A stretch of 64,000 bases of DNA from NCBI RefSeq assembly GCF_049316945.1, contig NZ_JBMOJE010000012.1, positions 3,752-67,751 of the forward strand, written 5' to 3'. This stretch comes from Propionivibrio sp. (GTDB lineage Bacteria > Pseudomonadota > Gammaproteobacteria > Burkholderiales > Rhodocyclaceae). Numbering within the stretch: position 1 is the stretch's first letter; every line of letters starts with the position of its first letter. This document shows, in pieces, positions 8,649 to 17,919 of this stretch. The notes under the pieces were generated by a model. That model did no database searches. It worked only from the letters and a program-made list of their open reading frames with translations, and had not been told where the DNA came from. Position numbers and translations under genes: made by a program.

Positions 8649-10247
8649 TCAGGTCAGTCGCGCAAGCAATTCTCTGTCCGACAGCCAGCGCCGAACACTC
8701 TGCCGCAACTTGCCCTCGATGGCACAGAACGCCTCGCCGTGATGCTGCTCCCAAAGGTGCGCAAGCTCGTGAAAGGCGAGGTCGAGTAAGTCGCCATGCC
8801 GGTATCTGGTTTCGGCGGTCAGCAGCAGCGGGTTGATGAAGATGCGATGCGGACTGCCATCAATAGTAGGCGTCGAGCACAGCCCCTCGGCGTTAGCAAT
8901 GAAGCAGAACCCGACATCAACCCGGCGACCCCGAAAGCATGTCTGCGAGCCGGAAACATCAGCCCCGTTGCTCTCCCAGTCGTCGATCAACTGTCCTTGC
9001 TGATCGTAGAACGCCGCGCCATTTTTCAGCGACCAGTCACAACACAGAATCGTCGATATTGCAGCCCGCCAGCTATGGGCCAGCTTGGCAGTCCGCTGCT
9101 TGTTCATTTCGGCAACCAGCAGCGGAGCCGTGATGTACGCCTGACTATTGGCAGACCGGCGCACCGCCAGCGAATCGACCTTCAGATGAAAGTTTGCCGG
9201 ATAGCGCTCGTGCGTAATGCGCCTCAACGCCGCCGCGTACCCGGCCACCGCATCAGGTTTCGCCGTGTTCGGGCACATCAGTAGCAACGGTGCGCTTGGC
9301 GGTAGGCTCGATTCGCTGCTGGTGTCCGGTCCGCTTGAACTGCTGCTACCCGGAATGGCAGAAAAGTCGTCAAAGTTTATCGACAGGTCCAGCGCCTTTC
9401 CGTAGCGGACAGCGCTCTGGTTTTGCACCAGTTCGCCGACGATCTTGGAGAACTGGTCGCGCATGGCCGAAGTGAATCCATCGCGATTGGCGGTCAGAGC
9501 GGCGCTACCGGCATCGAGTTCGAGACCGCCGCTCAGCGCACTCTGATTGGTGCTGGAGTAGAGCGCTTCGATAAGCATCGGCAATCCGGCCACCGTAACC
9601 ACGAAGGCCGACCGACTGGCTTCTTGTTGCTCGTCGTACCAGAGGTCGCCCAGCGAAGTTTTCACCGCGAAGTCGTAGAGACCGTCGTTGTTTTGCGGTA
9701 GTACCACGCCGTCCAGAGTGATCGCCACCGGACGACCGGTCGCGAATTCCATGAAACACGCAGCGACATAGCCCTTGATTCGCTCGCGCCAGGCATCAAG
9801 CAAGCTGGAATCATCGGCCAGCTCGACCGTCATCCGCGTACCGGAAACGGTTGTCGATTCCTCAGTCAGCCGATATTCGCCGCCGCTGCCCTCGACAAGG
9901 AGATTGCGCGTGCAGATCGAGTAACGGTGATGCGCGAAAAACAGGATCGCCTTGGCGTAGCCAAATCCCCCGATGGACCCGGCCAGCTTTCGTGACCCAC
10001 CCATGCAGAGCAGGACGTTTTCCAGCGTGTCTCGGTCCATGCCGGTGCCGTCGTCGGATACATGCAGTTCGATCCGGCCAGCTTCGTTGGCTGCCAGCAG
10101 GAAGTCGATATTCGCCGCCTGCGCGTCGTAGGCGTTCTGGAGGAACTCGCGGATCATCGCCCAGCGCCAGTCGGCGTACTCGGTTTTGGCCTTCTGAAAG
10201 TAGGTATGCGGCACCTGAACTTGCCGAACATCAGTCATCGTGTTCAT
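8649..10247 (-). CDS. GHKL (Bergerat-fold, HATPase_c_3-like) ATPase fused to a SprT-like zinc metallopeptidase domain
   Basis: N-box IREFLQNAYDA, G1 box SDDGTGMD and G2 box GGFGYAK are present. The C-terminus reads HRIFINPLLL...FHELAHLWEQHHGEAF (HExxH plus a downstream His). ATG 10247 lies 10 nt after the upstream gene's TGA with GAGGGG as RBS. The 46-codon extension in the ORF track is rejected. Confidence 0.75.
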   Translation of the reverse strand: MNTMTDVRQVQVPHTYFQKAKTEYADWRWAMIREFLQNAYDAQAANIDFLLAANEAGRIELHVSDDGTGMDRDTLENVLLCMGGSRKLAGSIGGFGYAKAILFFAHHRYSICTRNLLVEGSGGEYRLTEESTTVSGTRMTVELADDSSLLDAWRERIKGYVAACFMEFATGRPVAITLDGVVLPQNNDGLYDFAVKTSLGDLWYDEQQEASRSAFVVTVAGLPMLIEALYSSTNQSALSGGLELDAGSAALTANRDGFTSAMRDQFSKIVGELVQNQSAVRYGKALDLSINFDDFSAIPGSSSSSGPDTSSESSLPPSAPLLLMCPNTAKPDAVAGYAAALRRITHERYPANFHLKVDSLAVRRSANSQAYITAPLLVAEMNKQRTAKLAHSWRAAISTILCCDWSLKNGAAFYDQQGQLIDDWESNGADVSGSQTCFRGRRVDVGFCFIANAEGLCSTPTIDGSPHRIFINPLLLTAETRYRHGDLLDLAFHELAHLWEQHHGEAFCAIEGKLRQSVRRWLSDRELLARLT

Positions 10248-10257
10248 GGCAGGCCCC

Positions 10258-11181
10258 TCAAAGCAAAGATGGAATCTGGCGGCGCTTGCCGATTCGGACG
10301 TACTTTTCGAGCGTTGCGCCCTTGTGCCCCGACACCATCGCAATGACGTGGCTCTGCACACCAGCAAGAATCCCAGCAGTGACAAAGCCTGCGCGCAAAC
10401 TGTGGCCTGAAAACAATGCCGGGTCTCGCCCCGACGATTCGATCAGTTGCTTGATGATCTTCGCGACGGCATGCGTGGAAAGCGCTCGGTTGCCGATGCT
10501 CTCGTTTTGGCCGACAGCGCGGAAAATCGGCCCGTCAGTCAGTCCAGATATTTCCTGCCAGTGTCTCAACGCTTTCACCGGGCACCGATCACCGTAGGCA
10601 TTCGGGATGAACTTCACGAACCCGGCACCGGCTTGATCGACCTTAGACGAGCGCAGCAGCAATTCCATGCCGGAATCCAACCAAGTCACACAGTCCCATG
10701 TCAGGCCGACCAACTCACTGCGACGAAACGCCCCACCCCAGCCGGTCGCGAGCAGTGCAATTGTCCGCGCCGCCCATACTGGCTTGCGCTTCGCGGCAAC
10801 GGACCACAACTCAAGCAGGATGTCTTTCTCGATGGCGCCAACCCGGCGCTGGGCAACACCGACCGACCGGCGCACGCCCTTCATGACTTGTTTTACCCGC
10901 GCATCGCTGACGGGCGACTGATAGCCCTGGTCAAGATGGCCGACGTGGATGCTTACCAGTCGCCGTTCGATAGTCGCCACGGCAAGCCTGCTGCCGATGG
11001 CCGTAACGTAGTCGACGATCTGATCGACCGTCGCCGGAATGCTTCCGCCTGCCTCAATGTAGAGGCGAACATCGTTGGCGTACTCGCGCCGGGTTGATGG
11101 CGCTCTGGTTGCTTCAAGGTATTCGACCTCGGAAAGTAAGGGGCGCACGGGTGCCTTGCGCCGATGATCGACGTTGCTCAT
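10258..11181 (-). CDS. tyrosine site-specific recombinase (second integrase-family gene in the island)
   Basis: The C-terminal SGHSLRAGFVTAG...VSGHKGATLEKYVR carries the R-H-R-Y catalytic pattern. A SAM-like N-terminal core-binding region is present. ATG 11181 lies behind AGGA. Confidence 0.8.
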   Translation of the reverse strand: MSNVDHRRKAPVRPLLSEVEYLEATRAPSTRREYANDVRLYIEAGGSIPATVDQIVDYVTAIGSRLAVATIERRLVSIHVGHLDQGYQSPVSDARVKQVMKGVRRSVGVAQRRVGAIEKDILLELWSVAAKRKPVWAARTIALLATGWGGAFRRSELVGLTWDCVTWLDSGMELLLRSSKVDQAGAGFVKFIPNAYGDRCPVKALRHWQEISGLTDGPIFRAVGQNESIGNRALSTHAVAKIIKQLIESSGRDPALFSGHSLRAGFVTAGILAGVQSHVIAMVSGHKGATLEKYVRIGKRRQIPSLL

Positions 11182-11308
11182 GATTGGATTCCTTTGTTTG
11201 TATGCCAATGGCGAGTACAAAACCGGTTTCACTAACTGTGGTTTTGTGAAACTGCTTGGCGAAAATGAAAGCGGCACGATTGCCGCTGGCGAGAACTGAC
11301 CGGGTGGC

Positions 11309-11710
11309 CTACGGTCTCGCGGTGGGAATGTGTTTCGGCGTTCGTGGCACGTAATCGGATACGTAGCGTTTGCAACCTGCCGATAGACTGTGCGCCGTCG
11401 CTGCCAAATCCCCCATTTCAGCGATCAGGAATCCTAATGCTTCCAGGGTATCAGCAGGTATCTCACCAGTTCCGCATTCCGGGGACACAGCAACCATCAG
11501 ACGACCAATCGCAGCGGTCCCTCGGTGAATGGTGCGCATCGTGATGTCTGCATTGGTGCAGATTTGATAGAGCAGTGCCGGTTCGGCTGACTCATAGTCG
11601 AGGTGGTATTCCAGCCGCACATTGAGGTGCGGCAGTGAAAGCATGAGGTCACGCAACGGGCGCCGCGCTTCGCATGCCGTGAGGTCGGTATCGAGATGTT
11701 GTCCGTTCAT
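11309..11710 (-). CDS. hypothetical protein (133 aa)
   Basis: The ORF starts 2 nt after the upstream gene's stop, consistent with an operon. No catalytic motif was recognised. Confidence 0.5.
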   Translation of the reverse strand: MNGQHLDTDLTACEARRPLRDLMLSLPHLNVRLEYHLDYESAEPALLYQICTNADITMRTIHRGTAAIGRLMVAVSPECGTGEIPADTLEALGFLIAEMGDLAATAHSLSAGCKRYVSDYVPRTPKHIPTARP

Positions 11711-11712
11711 GT

Positions 11713-12045
11713 TCAGTACTCGTTGGCCTTGAGGACGGTCGTAACTGAGCGATCACACTCGGTTATGACATATAGCATATCACCTCCGACGGCATAGGCG
11801 GAAAGCAGCCGCCCACCTGAAAACAAGGCGCTTTCGTTGGCGATTTTGTCGTCCTTGACGAGGCAGCCCCATTGCCCCCGATGATGTTGGGCAATCAATG
11901 AGAGCGGCGAAACATTGTGCTTATCGCAGTGCGCCAGCGCACCGGGTGTGGCGACCGTCCGTCCCAAGGGAAACAATGGACCGTCATCGTGCGGGGTTGG
12001 CATCGACAACGAGGTGGCAGGTAAATCTAGAAGTTTGTTTGACAT
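11713..12045 (-). CDS. small conserved hypothetical protein (110 aa) of a type common on plasmids and islands
   Basis: ATG 12045 lies behind GGAG. AQHHRGQWG ... RLLSAY ... YVITECDRSVTTVL resembles a small family I recall from mobile elements (H-x-GDWG / ITEADRS-TT-L). No function is known to me. Confidence 0.55.
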   Translation of the reverse strand: MSNKLLDLPATSLSMPTPHDDGPLFPLGRTVATPGALAHCDKHNVSPLSLIAQHHRGQWGCLVKDDKIANESALFSGGRLLSAYAVGGDMLYVITECDRSVTTVLKANEY

Positions 12046-12103
12046 GGCAGTGGCTCCAATTAGTTGAGCCGCACCGCCAAAAAAGTGCCGAATCCGTAAA
12101 CGC

Positions 12104-12131
12104 AAAAAGCCACTGCTCAGAGAGCAATGGC
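12104..12131 (-). terminator. Rho-independent terminator closing the long minus-strand operon
   Basis: The minus-strand RNA reads GCCAUUGCUC-UCU-GAGCAGUGGC-UUUUU. That is a 10-bp stem with one G-U pair, a 3-nt loop and a U5 tail, located about 155 nt after the stop at 12287. Confidence 0.7.
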
Positions 12132-12178
12132 TTTCGATTCAAGCGTCGGGAATCAGCGCGTTTTCTGGCGCGTCGCGA

Positions 12179-12199
12179 CTACGACGCTACGCGTCGTAG
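12179..12199. repeat. Palindrome CTACGACGC-TAC-GCGTCGTAG containing the CGCTAC/GTAGCG motif
   Basis: Read directly from the sequence. It shares the GCTAC/GTAGC unit with 5548-5598 and 7639-7664. Confidence 0.5.
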
Positions 12200-12286
12200 C
12201 TTACTTTAGCCGGAACGCTAAGTTGGGCACAAGCACCAATAAACTTCGGCGCGTACTCGACAGTTCCCGACCCTATCCACGCTGAC

Positions 12287-13567
12287 TTACTTTCTCACCC
12301 CCTGCTGAATTTCATGCAAAGTTTTCGCGAGAGAGCCGGCCAAGTCAAGAAGCTTGGGGTCCGCGCCATCGTGTTTTGAATCGGTGTCCTGCTGCCCGAA
12401 ATACCTGACAGCGAATTCTCGTTTGACTTGGTTCCGCTCGCTATCGTCGAGAGTCGCCAAGAATGGGTCTATTGATGCCAGCTCAAGCTCGGCCTGCCGG
12501 AATCGTCGCTCGTTCTTCTGGTGACGAGTTACTTGCAGTGCGGCAAACCCCGCCAACAGAATGAACGGCATGGAAATCAAGGTCTGCCGAGCGACTGTGG
12601 CCCAAGTCAAATCCTTGTCATAAGTGAAGTAGAAGAAAACAACCCCGACAGTAATCCACAAGACCAACGACGAAGACGCCACACCCTTCCAAAGCGCCGC
12701 ACGAGACCGTTCCTCGTTTGCAGTCTTTTGGTAGCCATGCGCCATGCCCGTGTCGGTAATGATACCGATCAACTTTTGCGCATGCGCTTTGAGCCCTTCC
12801 ATCGTGTCGATGATGGATTTTGTGTCCTTGTTCAGTGACTCGATAACGGTCGCATGCTCTTTGGCAGCACCGGAGGCTGCATTCTCGGCAGCTTCAGCGC
12901 GTTGCTCTTCAGCTTCCTCGAACGAGGATTGTCTCTCCTGCTCTGCTTTTGCTGCGGACTGAACGCGGCTCTGCTCAGCAGTAGAGAACTCATTTTGGCG
13001 CAACTGTTGCGCATCGGAAAACTGCTGCTGAAACGTAGCAATAGCAGTATCCAATCGCTGCTTCTGTGCAGCAATCTCAGTCGTCGCCTCCGATATTCGC
13101 TTATCGAGTGCTGCCTGCGCTTTAGCTACTTCGTCGCCGTCGACTTTCAATTCGTTGAGGTAGGTTGCCGTAGCCGTCCGATAGCTCGCAGCAACCTCTC
13201 GCATGTCATCGATGCCGGACGCGCTCTGTCGCGGAATTGCAGCAAGTTGGGCAAGGCAGTTGTCGAGATGAGTCTGCGCGTTATTCCAGTGCGCCGCATT
13301 CTTGTTGGAGACAAAACCGCTGATTTCGGCGCGGGCCTGCTGCAGATACGTGGCTACGTTATTTAGATTGCCGATCACCACCAAGAGCGGGTCAGCCTGA
13401 TTGAAGACCGTTCTTACATGAGCAACGACCGCGTTGGCTCTATCCCAATGGGCGATGGTGGTTGCATCTTGTTGGCAGGCCTCATTCGCGGATTCCAGGA
13501 ATTTGCCGATTTCGGCCAGTTCCGTGAATACCTGATGGCTCTGCATGCGCTCTGCCCATTGGCTCAT
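12287..13567 (-). CDS. coiled-coil protein with two C-terminal transmembrane helices (426 aa)
   Basis: ATG 13567 lies behind AAGGGGGA, 42 nt after the DUF499 stop with no intervening terminator. A long Ala/Glu/Gln-rich helical region is followed by LVLWITVGVVFFYFTY and ISMPFILLAGFAALQV. It is the last gene before the terminator. Confidence 0.7.
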   Translation of the reverse strand: MSQWAERMQSHQVFTELAEIGKFLESANEACQQDATTIAHWDRANAVVAHVRTVFNQADPLLVVIGNLNNVATYLQQARAEISGFVSNKNAAHWNNAQTHLDNCLAQLAAIPRQSASGIDDMREVAASYRTATATYLNELKVDGDEVAKAQAALDKRISEATTEIAAQKQRLDTAIATFQQQFSDAQQLRQNEFSTAEQSRVQSAAKAEQERQSSFEEAEEQRAEAAENAASGAAKEHATVIESLNKDTKSIIDTMEGLKAHAQKLIGIITDTGMAHGYQKTANEERSRAALWKGVASSSLVLWITVGVVFFYFTYDKDLTWATVARQTLISMPFILLAGFAALQVTRHQKNERRFRQAELELASIDPFLATLDDSERNQVKREFAVRYFGQQDTDSKHDGADPKLLDLAGSLAKTLHEIQQGVRK

Positions 13568-13609
13568 GTTGTCCCCCTTACTTCCCGCCAAGCACTCGAA
13601 GAAGGTCCA

Positions 13610-16438
13610 TCACTCGCCGTCCTCGAACTCAGCATTCTTGAACCGCAGCACGTTGCAGTTCTCCTTCACGGCGCGCTGCAATCCATCGTCGAAGCCCGTT
13701 GCCGATTCGGCCTGAATCTCAATCGCGATCCTGACCTTCACGCCGGGGCGCGACGTGAATTGCAGAACGACCTCGTCGACAAGATCAGCAAACTGCTTCT
13801 TGGCCTGAATCGCGTCGAGTTCGATGCTGCCGTAGAACTGCTTTTTCGGCGTCTGCGTCGTTGCGCCACCACCCGTTGGATAGGTCGGCTTCGCGGAATC
13901 CTCCACACGCGACGAACTACCACCGGTAGCTGCTGCCGCCGTATCGGTCGGCTTGGGTCGCGCTGCCTCGTCGGCAGCGCGCTGCGCTTCGGCGTATCCG
14001 GCAGCGGTAACGGGTTCGATCAGGAGCAGCGATGCATCAAGGAATAGCGAGGTGCGCTTGCCATAGCTGAAGCCGAGGTAGCGACCATCCTCCTTGGCCT
14101 GCGCGAAACCGAAGAAGTCGCGGCTCTCGGCACCTGCGGCCAAGGTGTGCTGAAAGGCTGAGTCATCACGAAGCCGGGGCAGATACAGTTGCTGGCATGT
14201 CTGCTGCCACACGTTGAGGGCGAGGGTTTCCTTGGCGTCCTCTTTCCAGAACCACGTCTTGAGCACCGTCGCCAAGTGGATCGGCGCCCACTCGGTAATC
14301 AGGAGTTCGTTCTCCTTGAGCACGCGCTCGATTTCTTGCGAAAGGTTCTGAGCACCGGGATTGACGGGGAAATGCTCCCACTGAATATCAGACAGGCCTT
14401 TGCCCGGACGGGCTTCCTGCATCGGCGCCACGATCCATTTATAGGTCTCGCGGATCATGCGGCGCAGTGCCTCGTTGGAATCCTCAAGGCTCTTGCTGGC
14501 CTGCCGTGCCTGGAACTGATCGAGGTTGAGCTTCATCTCCTTGATGTCGCCGACGATGGACTGCCACGCCAAGGTCGAGCGCACCTGATCCTTTAGGCGG
14601 CTCACGCTGTCGTAGTCGGCGGCGATGAAAATCAAACGGTTCTGCTTGAAGCGCGGCTGGTCGCCACGGTTTTTCAGAATCTCGGTCGCACGGTCGATGG
14701 CAAGGCTTTGGCCGCTTCGGCTGAAGGCGGCATCGGGCGGCAACACGACAAGTCGCAATTGCCAGTCGTCGGGAATATCGCCGCTCGACGTGAAGACATG
14801 AATACCGCCGAACACGCCCGTCGCAAAGCTTTTCTGCACGCGGTCACGGATGGCGGGGAATACGTCTTCCTTGTCTTGGAACCGGCGCTTGCGCTCTTCC
14901 ATTTCGCGTCGCAGGTTGGGACGTGTATCGAACCAGAAACGATTGTTGCCGCTGTTCAGGTAGTGCAGGCGGTCGCCCAAACGGCGCAACGCGTCCTTAT
15001 AGATGCCGACTTGCTGGCCCGGTTGCGCCGCGCCCAAAATGACACGTTCCAGTTCAAGGCCACGCACCATCTGGCTTGCCGTAGTCGGCGCGCTGCCCAA
15101 AAAAATGGTCCGTGCCGAACGGCGGCAGGCCTGCACCGCACCAAGACGGGTATCTCGGTTTTCGATCTCGGTGGTCTCGGCGCGCTCGCCATCCACGTCG
15201 CGCTCTACAACCGGGTCCCAGCCTTGCGGCAGGTAATAGATCACCTCGTTACGGGTGTCGGCATCTTGCAGCGGGAAGCTGCCCGGCATGATGAGTGGGT
15301 CTTTATCGTTGTCTTTCCACAGGCGATGAATCACCTTCGCCATCAGCTTCAGGACACCACGGGTCCGCTGGAAGTTATCGAGCGACGACCAGTCTTCATA
15401 AAGTCGGTCAAACACCTCCGGGTGAATCGGGTAGGCGTGCATCAAGCGGTCAAAGTAGCGGCTCTCCTGCGTCTCGCGTGGGAAGTCCTCGCCGTTGGCC
15501 GTGTAGAAGTCGGCGAACGCACGACAGACCGATTCCGCAGCCAGCTTGTCGTCAATGCTGGAGAACAGCCGGCGGCGGACAATCTCGAATGCTTCCTCGG
15601 TGCCGACAGGTTTCCAGAGGGCTTGAATGCGCCCGAAGTAGTGGGCCAAGGCGGCAAGTGCTTTCACGCCGCGCTGGCTACCCGCTTCCTTGTCCGATTC
15701 GGGCAACGAGGCCAGCAGTACGGCGTTCGGAACCGCCTTTAGTGCCTCGGTCAGCGCCTGCACAAAACTCAGATTCGAGTCGAAGCTACCGCCCGTCAGT
15801 GCCTTACCTTCTTCAAACTGGCGCACATAGGCAACCAACTCGTCGATCAGGATCACGCAGGGCGCGTAACGGCTCAGCAGAGTTTCCAGTACCGCCTTGC
15901 CTGGAGAGGTGCCGGATGAATCGGCATCGGCGACCAGCGCATAGCCTTCGGCTTTTCCCAATTGCCACGCCAGATCGCCCCAAAGGGTGCGAATCGCCTG
16001 ACCGTCGCGCATCACGGGTTGATTGGGCGATGACTTGATGCCGTCAAGTACCGCAACACGCGCACGCGGCAGTTCCGTGACGCCAGCTGCGTCAAGAATC
16101 GCCGGCACGCCGGGCAAATCGCTTGCTGATACATCACCAGTCGCGAGGTGATAGACGGCCAGCATGGTGTGCGTCTTGCCGCCGCCGAAAGCGGTTTGCA
16201 ACTGAATGACCGGATCGCCGCCTTTACCAGACAAGCGCTTGACCACGGAATCGAGCAGCAAACGCATACCCTCGGTAATGAAGGTGCGCTGGAAGAACAG
16301 TGCCGGATTCTGGTACTCGGGCGTTGCCGTGCCTTCATGAACACGAGATAAGTCAGCGGCAAACTCGGCCTGCTGAAACGTGCCCTTGAGGACATCTTCG
16401 TGCGGAACGGCGATTTCGCGCCAGGGTTTCAGGGTCAT
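13610..16438 (-). CDS. DUF499-family (BrxC/PglY-like) P-loop ATPase
   Basis: [30 protein letters not shown] is the typical DUF499 N-terminus. Walker A is [11 protein letters not shown] and Walker B is [10 protein letters not shown]. The start overlaps the upstream stop (ATGA). Confidence 0.85.
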   Translation of the reverse strand: MTLKPWREIAVPHEDVLKGTFQQAEFAADLSRVHEGTATPEYQNPALFFQRTFITEGMRLLLDSVVKRLSGKGGDPVIQLQTAFGGGKTHTMLAVYHLATGDVSASDLPGVPAILDAAGVTELPRARVAVLDGIKSSPNQPVMRDGQAIRTLWGDLAWQLGKAEGYALVADADSSGTSPGKAVLETLLSRYAPCVILIDELVAYVRQFEEGKALTGGSFDSNLSFVQALTEALKAVPNAVLLASLPESDKEAGSQRGVKALAALAHYFGRIQALWKPVGTEEAFEIVRRRLFSSIDDKLAAESVCRAFADFYTANGEDFPRETQESRYFDRLMHAYPIHPEVFDRLYEDWSSLDNFQRTRGVLKLMAKVIHRLWKDNDKDPLIMPGSFPLQDADTRNEVIYYLPQGWDPVVERDVDGERAETTEIENRDTRLGAVQACRRSARTIFLGSAPTTASQMVRGLELERVILGAAQPGQQVGIYKDALRRLGDRLHYLNSGNNRFWFDTRPNLRREMEERKRRFQDKEDVFPAIRDRVQKSFATGVFGGIHVFTSSGDIPDDWQLRLVVLPPDAAFSRSGQSLAIDRATEILKNRGDQPRFKQNRLIFIAADYDSVSRLKDQVRSTLAWQSIVGDIKEMKLNLDQFQARQASKSLEDSNEALRRMIRETYKWIVAPMQEARPGKGLSDIQWEHFPVNPGAQNLSQEIERVLKENELLITEWAPIHLATVLKTWFWKEDAKETLALNVWQQTCQQLYLPRLRDDSAFQHTLAAGAESRDFFGFAQAKEDGRYLGFSYGKRTSLFLDASLLLIEPVTAAGYAEAQRAADEAARPKPTDTAAAATGGSSSRVEDSAKPTYPTGGGATTQTPKKQFYGSIELDAIQAKKQFADLVDEVVLQFTSRPGVKVRIAIEIQAESATGFDDGLQRAVKENCNVLRFKNAEFEDGE

Positions 16439-16650
16439 GTGTTTTCTCCACTGACTTGGTCCGGAAATGGCTTGGCAAACCGCACCATGCGCCCCAGACT
16501 TTTTTCGATTTCGGTGAAGCCACTACCGTACTCGTGCACCAATTGTTGCGACAGTGTCGCAACAAACCGTTCCCCGCAAACGACCTTCTTGTCATGCGGA
16601 ACTTCGCGACGAATGCGGCTCTGCGAATTCACGCCAGAGTTTGCCTTCAT
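16435..16650 (-). CDS. 71-aa fragment of a DUF1016 (YhcG-like) N-terminal domain, lacking the PD-(D/E)xK nuclease domain
   Basis: [39 protein letters not shown] matches the remembered YG-x-x-IVATLS-x-QL-x-x-EYG-x-GF ... RM-x-x-FA-x-x-FPD block of DUF1016 proteins. ATGA overlaps occur at both ends. It may be a remnant or a mini-protein. Confidence 0.5.
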   Translation of the reverse strand: MKANSGVNSQSRIRREVPHDKKVVCGERFVATLSQQLVHEYGSGFTEIEKSLGRMVRFAKPFPDQVSGENT

Positions 16651-17918
16651 CCCCTTTTCTCCGTACTTGCGGCATAGATCGTCAAAACCAACTCACTGTC
16701 ATCTTTCAATCGGTACTCGGGGCGCTTCCCGGAAAGTTGCTCGCTTCGCGCCAAAATGATCGCCACCCCTTCGCCACGCTTGTCCATGATGTGGCTGCGG
16801 TGGTTGACCAACATGTCATCGATGATCGGGCAGCGGGCCAGCAGGCTGGTCAGTGCCTCGTTACGCGCTGCCTGACGGTATGGCAAGCTCTCAGGAGTCA
16901 TCGTGTTTGGCAACATGCCTGGGGAATACAACTCCAGCCTATCGTCGAACAAGCGCAGTCGCACCTTCGCCCCCGCCATGGAGTAATCCCGGTGGGCCAC
17001 TGCGTTGGTCACGGCTTCGAACACGGCCAGCATGTCGAATTGAGGCACATCCTCGCGCCCGCCCTGCGCGTGCTTGTAGGCAGCCACCCTCATGTTTTTG
17101 CGAACGAAGGCGCATGCTTCGAGAATCTGCTGATCCAGTGGGCCGCTGATGTCCTGGGCATCCTGCTGGTAAGCAGAGTCACCCTCTGGCAGAGCGTCCG
17201 TGCCCTGATACGCCACGGCCTGGATGAAGGCACCCGGCAGGTGCTGCCGTGCCGTACGACTGCTCATGAGCAATCCAGCCACCGTAGGATGCCAGTCACT
17301 CTTGTCGTCACAGGCCGCCATGGCGAGCTTGTTCAACAAGATTTCCGGCGCATCGCTGCTGTTCATCGGCGCGAAGCGCCGCCAAAGCGCCTCGTCCAGA
17401 TCGGCCAGAGTGGCGCGAGTAACCGGTGTTTCGTCAAAACGAATCAAGCGGGATTGGCTGCGCTGCTGGAATAGTCGGGCCAGTTGATCCGGTGGAATCG
17501 GACGCTTGGACGAGCCGACACGATGAAGATAACCGCCCGGGCTTTGATGGACAAACAGACTGCGCTCCACTTCCAGCCGGAACACCGGTTGTTCCGTCCC
17601 CGCGAAGTCGGGTAACGTCATACGTTCGATGATGGGAGCCAAGGGCGGTTTGATCGACTGTTCGCACGCCTGCCTTACCACCAGCTCCACGGCGTCAAGG
17701 TGTTCGATGGGGATGCCGAGCACCTCCCGGCTGGTGTCTTCCACGCCTAGCAACAGGACTCCGCCCACACTGTTGGCGAAGGCAGCCAATTCGTCGGCCA
17801 GGGCGTCCTGAGACGGCCCCCTGACCTTGCCACCAGCGAATTTCACCTCCTTCAATTCGAGATAGCTGTCCTCACCAAGCCGGATTTTTTCCAGCAATTC
17901 ACTGCGTGTTGCCAACAT
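16647..17918 (-). CDS. AlbA_2 (Schlafen-like) DNA-binding domain protein with a C-terminal HATPase_c_4-like region (often annotated RecG-like/transcriptional regulator)
   Basis: MLATRSELLEKIRLGEDSYLELKEV is the typical AlbA_2 start. AVFEAVTNAVAHRDYS...LELYSPG is the HATPase_c_4-like block. ATG 17918 lies 1 nt after the upstream TGA with GGAGG as RBS. Confidence 0.8.
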   Translation of the reverse strand: MLATRSELLEKIRLGEDSYLELKEVKFAGGKVRGPSQDALADELAAFANSVGGVLLLGVEDTSREVLGIPIEHLDAVELVVRQACEQSIKPPLAPIIERMTLPDFAGTEQPVFRLEVERSLFVHQSPGGYLHRVGSSKRPIPPDQLARLFQQRSQSRLIRFDETPVTRATLADLDEALWRRFAPMNSSDAPEILLNKLAMAACDDKSDWHPTVAGLLMSSRTARQHLPGAFIQAVAYQGTDALPEGDSAYQQDAQDISGPLDQQILEACAFVRKNMRVAAYKHAQGGREDVPQFDMLAVFEAVTNAVAHRDYSMAGAKVRLRLFDDRLELYSPGMLPNTMTPESLPYRQAARNEALTSLLARCPIIDDMLVNHRSHIMDKRGEGVAIILARSEQLSGKRPEYRLKDDSELVLTIYAASTEKRG

Positions 17919-17919
17919 G

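Noticed and set aside
8649-10385. N-terminal extensions of track ORFs (also 24349-27996, 16647-17972, 58550-59863, 47459-48274, 41564-42580, 39155-39619 and 29597-29929)
   Set aside because: In each case an internal ATG sits directly after the upstream gene's stop and behind a Shine-Dalgarno sequence, and coincides with the family-typical N-terminus. The extra codons overlap the upstream gene or intergenic DNA.
14708-15742. 344-aa plus-strand ORF (also 15295-16038, 16554-17474, 17917-18753, 21162-21836, 24685-25365 and 27262-27945)
   Set aside because: These are shadow ORFs antisense to minus-strand genes with clear motifs (DUF499, AlbA_2, PHP-ATPase, MTase, helicase). Their composition is Arg/Gly/His-rich and typical of off-frame high-GC sequence, and they have no RBS.
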